Assembly (NCBI GenBank): GCA_022813865.1
Contig: JALDZX010000033.1
Coordinates: 62,001-126,000 of the forward strand
From: Xylographa opegraphella
Lineage: Eukaryota
Reading direction: 5' to 3'
DNA length: 64,000 nucleotides
How positions within the stretch are numbered: the stretch's first letter is position 1; the number at the start of each line of letters is the position of its first letter. This document shows positions 35,754 to 48,119 of this stretch, one piece after another. Below the pieces are notes generated by a model, which was given only the letters and a program-made list of their open reading frames with translations, was not told the origin of the DNA and did not search any database. A program made the translations under genes and the position numbers.

Positions 35754-36440
35754 TTACTCCTGCTTGCCATTTACTGCTCTTATCTCTCGCGGTGTGTACT
35801 CCTTATAACAAACTCTTAAGCCGACGAGCCCACCTACAAATGCAGCAAGCCACAATGTTACCGCCGCCACCAGTTGGGCTATCAATCCACTTCCCAGAGA
35901 TTCGAAAAGCAGGGGAGTCTCGTCCATGCCCGATGATATCACCAAAATCTGCCACCCAACCCACCAGCCCATGGGAAGCAGTTTGCTAAAGTCTTCTTTC
36001 GTATTGGCTGCGTCGAATATGACACTGAACAGGTTCCGAAAGAAGACCTCTTTTACACCGTCGGCAGGGTCAGTCCATTCCTGCAAAATCAATTCTTCCC
36101 CGTCCGCGGTTGCGCGGGTCCAACCATGGACCACAAACTTGGCGATGTGAATGATCCCGTCTGCCTTGGTGTAAGTCCTTGTGAGAGGGCCAAGCGTGAC
36201 TTTTGCGCTCCCTTGTACCACACGAAGGTATTCCGTGTGTTTCATGTGATAATGGAGGTCGACTGTGTATGAGGAGGACGTCGGGACACGGATCAATACA
36301 GTAGTGGAGGTCGAGTCTGCAGAGTTCAAATTTGAAGAGCACGAAATCGACTCTGGTGCTTTTGATGCATCAGGTATCTGGAACGTCGCGGAGTTAGGAT
36401 CACCAAATGTGTGCCAGGAGGTGGTGTTCGTGCGAGGCAT
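35754..36440 (-). CDS. Cupin-fold (RmlC-like) protein
   Basis: 228 aa; LHYHMKHTEYLRVVQG and IAKFVVHGW cupin metal motifs; DPADGVKEVFFRN. Confidence 0.8.
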   Translation of the reverse strand: MPRTNTTSWHTFGDPNSATFQIPDASKAPESISCSSNLNSADSTSTTVLIRVPTSSSYTVDLHYHMKHTEYLRVVQGSAKVTLGPLTRTYTKADGIIHIAKFVVHGWTRATADGEELILQEWTDPADGVKEVFFRNLFSVIFDAANTKEDFSKLLPMGWWVGWQILVISSGMDETPLLFESLGSGLIAQLVAAVTLWLAAFVGGLVGLRVCYKEYTPREIRAVNGKQE

Positions 36441-36800
36441 GTTGCTGTTACTCGAGCCTGGGGATCGTTTCGACAGGCAATTCGAAGCACCTCACTCCCA
36501 CAAATCCTCAGCATGGTCCAGATTCCCACATTTGCGAAGCAAGAAAGACCTTATAAAAGCACCGCCCTGGTCTCTTTCTAAGCCCTAACTTTTGTCATCA
36601 AACAAGCGTTCGCTAAGTAATGCGGAAACTGTTCCGCTTCGCTCTGTTTACGCGTATCCTTGCAGTGGTGATGTCACTTCTTACAGACTCACTCATGTAT
36701 TCTACACATCTTGCCATACCACGTTTCTATTCTAAACTCCTCCATACTTTCAAATTTACCACTCATTCACTGCTCCAACCCAAACTGCTCCAACCCCAAG

Positions 36801-37322
36801 ATGGCCAACTCTCGTCCCGCACCCAAATACGTGCTTCCGACCACCATCTCTCGCCCAATTAGCCTCGACCCCTCCGCCCCAGGAACCATCATGCGCTCCG
36901 CTCTCCTTATCGAAGCACTCTCCAATATCCTGGGCGCTATTCCCATGATATTTCTCACCCGGCCACTCCTCACTCTCATTTCCTCCTCGGCGCCCTCTCC
37001 CCTCGCTGTCTCCCTCACGCAATGGCTTGGCGGTCTCATTTGCGGCCTCGCTGCTCCATTGCTGCTGGCTTATCCAAATACGAGGCGCGCGATAGAGAGC
37101 CGGACGACGGTATACTGGACACTGGGTGCTGGGGAGGGGGCTCTGGTCCCGCTTATGCTGTGGCAGTATATGAGTCAGGGGCAGGGGAGCGGGTTACCTG
37201 GAGGCTTCTTACTGGGCGCGGCTGGGGTGCTGGGCGCGACGGCGGCGTGGCGGCTGTGGGTGATGCTGGTGAGGCCAGAGTGGATGGGCAGGTATAGGGA
37301 CGAGGGGGTTAAGGGGGAGTGA
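36801..37322 (+). CDS. Small multi-TM membrane protein
   Basis: About 173 aa from ATG 36801; four hydrophobic segments. Confidence 0.72.
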   Translation: MANSRPAPKYVLPTTISRPISLDPSAPGTIMRSALLIEALSNILGAIPMIFLTRPLLTLISSSAPSPLAVSLTQWLGGLICGLAAPLLLAYPNTRRAIESRTTVYWTLGAGEGALVPLMLWQYMSQGQGSGLPGGFLLGAAGVLGATAAWRLWVMLVRPEWMGRYRDEGVKGE

Positions 37323-37619
37323 GTCAGATTGTAGCAGGCGTGTAAACTACTGCAATGCTTAGGACTTGTTTCTTCGGACTCTTTGATGGGTTGTCAAGAC
37401 ACGTTCATTGTTATTACAGAGTGATTGGAAAACTTGAATATATTCACTTCAAAGTGATCTTAAGTGGTTTCAATTGTGGACGTCAAAACTGTAGATTTAT
37501 ACCAAAAGGTATACGGATTCAATATTTTGGAGTAGCGGTGTTATAAAAGTGTCTTACGCTGGCTTTATGCTGAATACTACGCCATGTCCAGGCTTTATTG
37601 GCATGGCTATGGCGTTCAT

Positions 37620-38897
37620 TCAGCCCTTCAGTTCGATATTGGTCGATGGCTGATACTGCTTCCCAACGTTGTGGTGGTCCTGTACTGCTTCGGTGACATC
37701 ACTTTCGATCTTGTCTCCAGTCAATGGTGCGTACCTGTTCACCAGATAACGCATATCGTTGAGTATACTACACAACGTGTCAGAATCTTCGTTTCGCTGG
37801 TAATGCTCACTTACAGAATTCTGACTACTCCTTTCGTCCCCGGGAGAGCTATCGAATGTGCCAGGTATATTTTATCGAATACAATCTATTTCTATCGTCC
37901 CACTGATCCATTGGTTCGCTCGGGGGACGGTTTCTCAAGTACTGCCGAATATATGTCTTGCCGAATCGAACGATCTCCCGACGCCACATACCTAGTTCTA
38001 ACTCGTTGTGTGAGTACATTGCAGAGGAGTCAAAAACGACAGGCTCTCCTGTTACAAGGTTGGTTCCGGTATTTTCTTCCCACAGATCGCCGTGTATTAA
38101 TGAAGGTTTCAAATGACGTCGTCTGACTGGAGAGGTTCGAGAATCTGGGGCACAACATGAGAGACTAGCTGCTCGAAGGTCTGCTCATATTCCGGCCATG
38201 TTCCATTCTTGTCAACCTCCCGATAGAAAAACCGCTGCAGAAGTCTGGTGAAATAGAAACACCAGTTGCTATTCCATTCCACGTTTTGTGCATTTGGACC
38301 GTGGCACGTCGTAATCGGGAACCCAAACATCCCAGTTGGAGAGCGGCTTGTAAGGTGCAGCTCTGCAATGCGAGCGCAAAATGCCGTTGGGTCGACCAAA
38401 CTATTGCTCAAATCAAGGAAGTCAAGCAGAAAGAAATACGTTTCTGGCGGCGAGTGACTAAATTTCCCCCAGGCATAGGGCTATGGAACCAAAGATGGCA
38501 TGAGTCTATAGATTTCCGACATAGCACGGAATTCACCTTCCATCATAACTTTCCCCTTATCCTCAGTCGCACACTGTTCATGTAACATCAGCATAAAGCT
38601 GATACAGTTGAAATAAAGGTGGTGACCTTTAGGAAGTAGTCTTTGACAGAGCCCCCCTGTAGCTGGACCGATATACGTGCCGTACGGGTCCATGCAGAAG
38701 TCCAATAACTACTGGTCTCAAGGACAGTTGAGCCAGCTGGCAGGGCTACGGAATTTGTCAGCATAAAAAGAACCACAGAAGAAAAATTAAATGGAAGAGC
38801 GGGACGGTTCCAACCTGCTATAACACTGTCATCAAGGAGAAAGTTTCCCCCAAGTCTCTGGATTAATATCTTTCACGCTACTCTGTGTTTCTGCCAT
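37620..38897 (-). pseudogene. Fructosamine-3-kinase family pseudogene
   Basis: YFLK, MMEGEF, GMFGFPITTCHG, KPSLIHGDLWEEN, YSHNELELG motifs; lesions: +1 in G-run (38847-38851), TAG at 38481-38483, frameshifts near 38118 and 37862. Confidence 0.85.
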
Positions 38898-38984
38898 TGC
38901 ATAGTAATTTCCGCCCGACGAATAAATCGCCCAACGAAAAAAGAGAAGTACATGCTGCCTCTCGTTTGTCTCCGCCTTAGAAAT

Positions 38985-39277
38985 TACCAGGTGATCCAGC
39001 GTGAAAGGACCTCTCGCTAAATAAGGTATGCAGCGTTGTGGAGAGCCAAGACCCCCTTAGAGCTAAACCTGAATAGGAAATAAAGTATACATCGGAGCGG
39101 AAATACTACGCTACTAGCGGCCGAAGTTCGATTTGCACCCCCTCATCCTTAGAGCAGCGTAAGTTCGTGCCGAAATCAGTACAATATTCCCTCTTTAGGT
39201 TTAGCTTCCTCCGGGCCTTGGCTTTCCACAACGCTGCATATTGAGCGAGAGGTCCCCTCACGCTGGATCACCTGGTA
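38985..39277. mobile_element. Putative MITE/foldback element with ~95-bp imperfect terminal inverted repeats, flanked by TA
   Basis: Left arm TAccaggtgatccagcgtga..ggacctctcgct..tatgcagcgttgtggagagccaag..agctaaacct matches the reverse complement of the right arm ending tcacgctggatcacctggTA; no coding capacity. Confidence 0.75.
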
Positions 39278-39864
39278 GCAGCTACGCTGCAACAAAGAGT
39301 GGCTGCCAGTGGTTCCTGATGCCCATGCATAAGTTCAGCAGTACGGAGTATTACGTTTCGAACTCGACATTCTGAATCGCGCCAGCGGCATCAGCCGCAA
39401 CGCTATTTGACGACGCACCGGGCTTGGATGTTCTAATTTGGCGTCCGGCGCCTATGCGGGATCCGAACACACGGGCTTGCTACCATTAGCCTACCTACCT
39501 TAGTTACCACCATTGATAGGGTGTCTGGACGCTGCCATTGTCGCAAAACCATGGGCACGGAAATCTATTTCTACTCCGTATCTCCGGCGGAATAGCAACA
39601 ACCTATCGCGGGCATGGCCACCCCTCCAATGCCGTACCGCCGTCCGAAGTGTACAGATCCGCCGCGGGATACAAGTCTTCTTTTACTTCGGCCACAAGCG
39701 GGGTCAAACTACGATCCTTTGATCATAGATCCTCAGCCGCCCAAGCGGCTTATGACGCCTCGGCCGTACTTAGTCCTTCAGTTGTGGTTCTTCAAGCAAA
39801 AGAATTACTGTAAAAATATGCAGCGCCTCTTAGAATATACGTCTTGCTGAAAATTGCTATAACT

Positions 39865-42800
39865 ATGGTAATATATGAAATTTCCCAAGAGCTTCACTTA
39901 CTCTGCATACTAAATCACTCGTATAGTTTCATCGTTTTCGCCGGAAGAGGCACGGAATCCCAGGTGTCGAAAGTAGGACAGCCCCGATTGCAGATTCCGA
40001 TCCACAACAGGACTCGAACCACGATACACGTCAAGGCCGGACGCTCCACCATTCGCCGGTCATCCAGAGTACAATCTCTTCGTCTAATATTCCTGTCGGC
40101 AATAACCTTACGATTAAGGCGGAAGCTCGTCTCAAAGACCGATCCCAGGAACGGTGTGCAGACCCCTTGGGGCTTCACGTCATTTACGAGTCGGGGTCGA
40201 AAGCGACAGTGAACATCATCTTTGTTCATGGGCTCGGCGGTAGCAGTCATCGATCGTGGTCTAAAGATCGGGACCCAGCACTATTTTGGCCTGAGCAATG
40301 GCTTCCCAAAGAGCCTGTAATTTCAGACGCGCGGATCTTCTCTTTTGGCTACAACGCAGCATTTCAGTCCACAATGGGCAAAGAAAACATCCTGAATATC
40401 TCGGATTTTGCGAAAGACTTGTTGTTCAGCATGAAGTTCATGGTGGGAGACGGAGGACATCAGCTTAATTTAAGCCAATTGCCGATCATTTTCATAGCTC
40501 ACTCGATGGGCGGACTGGTTGTCAAAAAGGCCATTATTTTAGGACAATATGATCCACACTACAAGGAGTTTGTGCAGGCAACCCGTGCTGTTATATTCTT
40601 GTCAACTCCTCATCGGGGAACGAACCTGGCGAAGATTCTCAATCGAATCTTGACCGTTTCTGTTTTCGGTCACTCCCCGAAGCAATATGTCTCCGAGCTT
40701 AAGAGCAATTCTCTCACGCTGCAAGAGATCAATGAACAGTTCCGCAGCTTCGCTCCAAGTCTGGCAATCGTTTCCTTCTTTGAGACACTTGAGACAGCCG
40801 TTGGCCCCGCGAAACTGATGGTACTTCACAAAGAATCGTCGATACTGGGTTATCCGGGCGAGATATCTCAGCCACTGAACGCAGATCATCATGATGTATG
40901 TAAGTTCGCAAGCCAGAGCGATCCTAGCTATATAAGTGTCCGGAATGTTTTGAAATATCTTGTAGAACAATTCCAGGCTCGAGATACTGAGGAGTCTAGT
41001 TCCAATTGCGTTAAAGAGCGCCGCAAGATTGAGTCGTTCATTTCAATCTCTTCGCCTCCAGTCGATGATTATGAATTTTACCTGGAGAAGAGATCCAATG
41101 GCTCATGTGTATGGCTGCTTACCGACAAAACCTTTGCGCCTTGGATATCAAATGAATCCAAGTCTTCGGGGGTTCTGTGGTGCAAGGGCCGCCCGGGGTC
41201 TGGCAAGTCAGTTCTGGCTGCTTTTGTAGTTCAACATCTTCAGGAATCGAACCACAACTGCGCTTTTTATTTCTTCCGCTTCGGGGATCAGGCCAAAAGG
41301 ACCGTAAGCGGATTTTTGCGGTCTGTTGCGTATCAATTATCATGTATTGTGCCCGAGTACCGGACGCGGCTTCTCCGGATGATTGATGACAGCCTGACTA
41401 TCCCCCAGGCTGATAGCAAATCCATATGGCAAAAGCTTTTCATATCCGCATTTTTTAACCTTGCAATCGTCAAGCCAGTCTATCTCGTCGTCGACGCGCT
41501 GGATGAATGTGAGGTGCCGAGCTTGCTGTTGAAGTTTTTTGCGGACACACAGGCGTCTATAGTGCCCATACGTATTATTATTATAAGCCGAGATAGCCAG
41601 TCATTATCGAAAATATTCGAAACGGCGCTACGGTCTACGGAAGTCACTAATCTCACGATCGATGACTCACGAGAGGATCTTCGGTTGTATATTGTTGACG
41701 AGATCAGGTCCATGCGTGGAGATCCCGGATTCAAGGATCGAGTAGCCGCCGAGATACTCGATAAGGCCGATGGAAATTTCTTGTGGGTGCATCTTGTTAT
41801 TCAGGAAATCCTACAATGTCATACCCAGGGCGCTGTCGCGGAGGCCTTGACCGGAATTCCAGTGGACTTGGAGGCTTTGTATGAAAGAATGCTTGCTGCG
41901 CTTGAAAAAAACCTACGTTCAGAGGAGCAAGCAATGGGCCGAACAATTCTGTCATGGGCCACATGTGCGAGACGATCCCTTACGCTTTCAGAGTTGGCCC
42001 GAGCATTACAGCCTGAATACCCTCGAATGATAGATCTCAAATTCACCGTCAGCCAGGTCTGTGGGGAGTTTGTTGTTGTGGACAACTTGTCTCAGATATC
42101 TATGATCCATTCGACTGCGCGAGAATACCTTACGAAAAGCTCGACTTCTCGATTCGGAATCTCCATGGTGGCGGCTCACCAGCACATCTTCATGAAATGT
42201 TTGACGGTTCTTGCAGAACCTGGCTTAAGGTCACAAGTGGAACAGCTTGCCTCTCCATCATTCCTATTATATGCAGCTACATCGTGGCCGTATCATCTGG
42301 AACTTACTGCCGCATCTTCAGACGAAGCGTCCTTGATCTTACTCGCAAAATTCTTCCGCAGATCCAGCGTCTTGACATGGATTCAAATTTTGGCTCTTAC
42401 TAGGCAGCTTCGTGTTCTTGTGCATGCTTCTAAGATCATTAACACCTTTATTGAGAATAGTAATAAGCTGGACGCCGACCGGAGTCCTCTGATGCATCGA
42501 CTGCAGGAAAAAGAGCTTCTAGCACTCTGGGCTACGGATTTGATACGTATCGTTGGAAAGTTTGGGAGCCATTTAGTAGGGCATCCAAAATCCATTTACA
42601 GACTAGTTCCATCTTTCTGTCCTCGCAAATCTATACTTTTCCAGCAGTTTGGTCCGAAGCAATTTTCAGCTCCCATGAGTATTTCTGGGACCTCAAATAC
42701 CACTTGGGATGATTGCTTGGCCAAGTTTTCGGTCACAGACCACAATGTTCCTCTTGGCGTCGTCTGCCTAAACCAGTATTTCTGCATTGTAATGTCGGAT

Positions 42801-44867
42801 GGTGTTGTCATCCTTTACCATTCATCTACTTACGAGGAGGCGCGGAGGTTCTCACATGGAGAACGCGTCTTGACTCTTTGCTTTAGTAGTGATGGAGAAA
42901 AACTAGCCACATATGGCTTTACTACAACGAAAGTATGGAGCGTGGCTTCGGCCAAACAGATGCACTCGTTCGTCAACCCGAGTAGGGCAAAGGCTCTTGC
43001 TTTAACTTTCAAGACTGGGGACGATGCACTCATCGTTTTTTCGGACGACAGAGTAGTGCGCTGTATATTCTTGAACCATGCTGACAATAAATGGGAAACA
43101 TATCAGAACATCTTGGGAAAAGATACAGACGGCCGCCAGTACAACTCGCCCCGATATGTCTCGTTTAGTCCTGATAGCGACCAAGTAGCCGTCGTCTTCA
43201 GGGGGTTCCCGCTATCCGTTTGGGGGGTCGAAGAACCTCGGCCTCGACTCATTGGAAGATGTGAGCGTCATGGTGATAAAGGAGAGAGACGTGGAGGATC
43301 TCAGAGTAATTACACCGATGTACAGACCATGTGTTGGAATCCTATCACGAAGCACGTCCTCGGAACTTACAACGACGGTTGCATTTTCAAATGGCATCCC
43401 TTCGAGACAGACTATCACGAATCAGATATTCTGGCAGTTAATATTAAGTGTAGCCCGAATGGAAAATTCTTTGTTACAAGCAGCGTCAGTGGTGTGCTCA
43501 GAATATGGGACTTTCAACATTTCTCGATCATCTACCAGCTTTCTTGTACTTCGTCGATAACAGATCTAGCCATAGATATAGATGGCAGGCGAATCTATGA
43601 TCTCAGAGATACTTTCTGCAGCATATGGGAACCTAATGTTTTACTTCGTCTCTACGAGACCGATGAGAAGGCTAGTGAAACGACAAGTACCAAAGACAGC
43701 TCGATCATGATGTCCATGACATCCGAAAGCTCAGCAGAAATGTTGGAGCCCGTTACCGCTGTTTCTGTGAATCCGCGAAATCTGCAATACGCGGTCGGAA
43801 ATGACGAGGGCTGTGTCAGACTTTTCGGAGTCGATGGCGAACTGATCATGGAATTGTCTCAGGGCTTCATGACTGTTGAGCACATAGTCTGGAGTGACGA
43901 TGGCAGATTAGTTGCCATTGCTGATCTGAGCAGAAGAATCAGCATCAAGTCAGTGAACCACGAAGTTGCAACGACGCCATTCCAATCGGTTCTGGTCTTC
44001 AAAGAGGAAGATATAATTGAACAGATTATTTTCAATTCTTCTGCAGATTTACTATTGGTCTGTACAGCTCGGTTCTTGAATGTGTGGTCTCTGAAGACAA
44101 TGGCGTCAAATTTGACATGGCCACAGACGTTCTCAGGGACAATTTGGGCTACACATCCTTTGAATAATGCTTTACTGCTTGGATTTGGCTTTACCTCTAT
44201 CCATGTATCTAACTGGGCTGACCTTCGGATGAGTAAAGAGGTTACAATTGACAGAACAGCAATCGATGTCGAGTCCAACAAATATCCACAGGAGTCTATG
44301 CGTCGGAGACCCTCAACCCCTCTGCCCATGAGCCCAAGTGAAAATGAGGCCAGAGTAGACAAAGTCTGGTTTGCGTGCGATGGCACGGAAGCGTTGGTAG
44401 AGACATCCTCAGCAGCCTCACATGGAAGGCGAAAGAAGCAATTCATGCTCATTGCCCTTACTCGCCTGCCTATACCGGGCTTGCCCGAGACAGAATCCAA
44501 AGTAACCCCCAGACTCTTACCTCCTGATATTCTTGCCCGAATAGAGATGCCTCTGGGGTTTATCTCGAACGATGTACGACCAGACCGGCGGAGTTCATCG
44601 GTTCAAAAGAGTGACGCTGACTCTTTGCCCGTAACCAGCGAAAACACTCTGGTTTTCCTGGATCGAGAATACTGGATCTGTACCTGGTCCTTCAGCAACA
44701 TCGGCATAGGGTCAAGAGTCCGCCGCCATTTCTTCCTCCCAAGGGATTGGCTTAACCTGGCGTCCTTGGAACTCGCACTTATGCGAAACGATGGCACTTT
44801 GATGTGCCCGAGGAACGGGGAAGTTGCGCTGGTTTGGAACGGACTGAAGGAGGAGTGGATTGAATAA
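39865..44867 (+). CDS. NLR-like STAND protein: alpha/beta-hydrolase (SesB/PGAP1-like)-NACHT-WD40
   Basis: IIFVHGLGG, AHSMGG nucleophile elbow, STPHRG, NADHHDVCKF; Walker A GRPGSGKS, Walker B LVVDALDEC, ADGNFLWV; WD40-like C-terminus. Predicted ATG-only exon 39865-39867, intron 39868-39926, exon 39927-44867 (about 1647 aa). Confidence 0.92.
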
Positions 44868-45524
44868 CAAAGTTAGTAGCGCTTCACGTTTGCCCACGTG
44901 CTACATACCTTCTCGTGGGATGTCACATTACACGTCAACGACCCAGTACGTTCTGAAACACCGAACTTCTGGCATTATACTTATTGAAAAGCTTCCTGGC
45001 ACTCATTCATGCATAGAAGAATGAACATAGGTTTACGAATTCAGAAGCTAGATACAGATCTTATCATGAAAGAAACCACAATTGAGAATATTTTGGAAAT
45101 CGAATGACGGAAGGAGAAAATCAGAGCCTCGATAGATTTGTAGCCCTTCTTGATCAAGACTTATACAGTACCTTCCGGTTCTCTGTAAATCTCCTCAACT
45201 TGTACTCTGCATGGAAGTACCTGCTTGTATAATTCCATAGTGCTAAACTAACCAACGCTTAAACCTCACCGCTGTACTTCATCCTCTGGTCAAATTCCAC
45301 TCACCGGACGTTCACATTCTCGGAAACTGATGATTGATGATATAGGTAGTGCTACGAATTTAAGGCATTTTATGCACGATGGTGAATTCCAGAACACCTC
45401 CCATGGTCAAGTTCCCTCAGTCAGCGGGGAAGTTTGGAAGGTCGTGCTCCCCGTTGATATTCTCGAGTAATCTGCTTGTTCTAAGCCATCACCCTGATCA
45501 AGATTTGGTATCCCCAAGAATACC

Positions 45525-47401
45525 ATGTCTGTCTCCATAGACGATGAGATCAAGGTCCGACTCGGGTCAGACGTGTCCGACGGTATAGACACTGTATCTA
45601 GTAACTCACCTAGCAGAGCTCCAGCAGCAACTTTGGAGAATAGCACGACCACTGCTGACCCACCTAACGCTCCCTATTCTACTTTCAGCACTGCTGAGAA
45701 GCGCGCTATAGTCTTTCTCGTTGCCTTGGCGGGCTTTTTCTCGCCGTTCAGTGCTTTCATCTACTTTCCAGCTTTGCAGGACATAGCCAATGCCCTTTCT
45801 GTATCTCTCGAAGTGATGAACCTTACCGTCACGCTATACGCCGTGGTTCAGGGTATAGTCCCCTCCCTGTTTGGCGATATGGCGGAAACGCTGGGCCGAC
45901 GGCCTGCTTGCTTGCTCATTTTCTCGATCTACGTGCTTGCTTCCGTGGGCTTGGCGCTTCAAGACTCATACCCTGCTTTGATCCTTCTACGCATGGTGCA
46001 GAGTGCTGGCAGTTCAGGTATATGGCTCCACTCGAAGTAAAGAGAAGTGAGCGTGATGGACTAACTGGCTGGCCATAGGTACCATCGTCCTTGCATATGG
46101 AGTGATCGGCGATATTGCAGCTCCATACGAACGTGCAGGTTACGTTGGTGCCGCCCATGTAGGGTAAGCTATACTTCTTACGGTACCTAGTGAGGATATT
46201 GACTAACTTGATCCTCATAATTTCAACTCTACTCCAAATCTCGGACCCTGTCCTCGGTGGTGTCCTAGGAGATAATTTGGGCTGGAAATGCATATTCCGC
46301 TTTCTTTCCATTCTATCTGGAGCATTGCTTGACCATCATGTTCATCCGCTTTCCGGAGACAGCCCGAACACTGGTCGGGAACGGTAGCCTGGCTGCAACT
46401 GGGATCAACCGCACCTTGATCTCAGTAGTGCAAAACAGAAGACAGGGCGACGAACCAGTCCTCACTCGTCCTACATTTCGCTTCCCGAATCCTATACGCT
46501 CCCTCCGACTCGTATTTCACAAGACGACGTCGCTTGTGCTCTTCTCGAATGCTATATTCTATATGAAATACAGCTGCGTGCAAGCCTCGCTCTCGCCGCT
46601 ACTCATCAAGGTCTATGGTCTCAACGAATTACAAGTAGGACTGGCTTATTTGGCATTCGGTATAGCTTGTGCCGCTGCCTCTTATACAGTTGGTAAATTT
46701 AAGAGTCCTTCACGCCGGACAATTTACTAAGCGTGTGCAGGCAAGATAACAGACAGAGACTATCGACAAATAGCTTCTTCACTAGGTTTTGCAATCGATA
46801 AAGTGAAGGGCGACGACCTTGCTAAATTCCCCATCGAAAAAGCGAGACTGCGATCGATAATGGTACTACATCGTTATATCCTCAGCGTCCACGCTAGGGT
46901 ACGGCTGGGCCATTGAGGCGAAGACAGTAAGCACGATAATCGTTGATGTTTCGGTATTATTTGTTGACCCGATTTAGCCCCTCGCGGTTCCGCTTGTTTT
47001 CCAGTTTCTCGTTGGCCTGACTGTGACGGGAGTCTTCAATGTGTGTATCTGACCCTTAGTCAAGATTTATTTGACTTTCAGCTTCTTTTATAGGCCTGAC
47101 AAGCGAATCTATGCAGGTCTGTAACACTCTGATCGTGGATCTCCATCCTGATGCTCCGGCCACTGCTAGTGCCTCCGTGAGCATTATCCGCTGCAGTGTC
47201 GCGGCCATAGGGGTCTCCGTACTGCAGATTCTGTTTGATAGTATCGGTGTTGGATGGACGTTTACCATCATCGCCGCCCCTTGCTTTGGCACGATACCTG
47301 GCCTGCTGATCGTACGGCGGCGTGGCTGGGACTGGAGAAAACAGAAAGCTACCAGGGCGACTGAGCTAATGAAGGAGAAAAAGACGACTCATCCTCCATA
47401 G
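45525..47401 (+). pseudogene. MFS DHA1-type (QDR-like) multidrug transporter, disrupted
   Basis: PYSTFS..EKR, FSAFIYFPAL, GRRP, LRMVQSAGSS, FPETARTLVGNGS, FPIEKARL motifs; apparent +1 frameshifts at about 46247, 46325 and 46860; intron acceptor reads TAA rather than TAG at 46218-46220. Confidence 0.8.
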
Positions 47402-48119
47402 CGGTCACGGTAATACAACGAACATCGTCTGAACACAATATCCCGCAACGAAGTGCTTGACAACACAGGTCGATCGCGATGATATCGGTTACGCGGGCCG
47501 CTCCCTACCGACCGTCGCATTATCTACTGCTCCTGCAGTTCGAGCGTCTCCGATGGACATGGTTATCGTATGAACGACTACTACGTTGATCAAGTTGCCT
47601 CACCCGCCCTTTAGGGTGACACAGAACCCGGTGGGGGACATTCGTGGCCTTCGGAGTAGGGGGAGTATCGTGGCCTCGGGGAGTGGGGGATGACGGTGGC
47701 CTCTGGCAATTCCGTACCACCAAGGCTGAGCAGCGCTCTGCATACTCGAGCGCGAATCAGGAGAGTCCGTTTCAAAGTCGAAAACCTCCGGTCGCAGATT
47801 GTTGTGTCATGTGGACCGGTCGCTTATTGGCTGACGAACATGAAGAAGCGCGGAGATTTGATTCTATGTGCAATTGTTGCACCTACTGCAAGGGCTGTTT
47901 GCAGGGGCGCGGTGCAGGGTTTGATAAACACCCATGGGGGAGGTTTTTGATATCTCAAATCCCTGGAAACCGTCAGTTCCTCTGAGCAATGGTCGTATCG
48001 GTTACTCCATGTCCTGTTGATGAGCTACACCGACTCCCTCATATCGCCGCAAGCAGTCCTTTGCTTCGGAGAAGCCTGCCGGGCAGCCTCCGTGCACGGT
48101 GCGATCAATACTCCTCGTG

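Noticed and set aside
39927..40166. Amyloid signalling motif at the NLR N-terminus
   Set aside because: No recognisable HET-s, PP or sigma-type G/N/Q pseudo-repeat, and no adjacent HeLo/HELL effector gene seen
42700..44867. HET-E-like hypervariable, near-identical WD40 tandem repeats in the NLR
   Set aside because: The WD repeats are degenerate; I saw no high-identity nucleotide repeats
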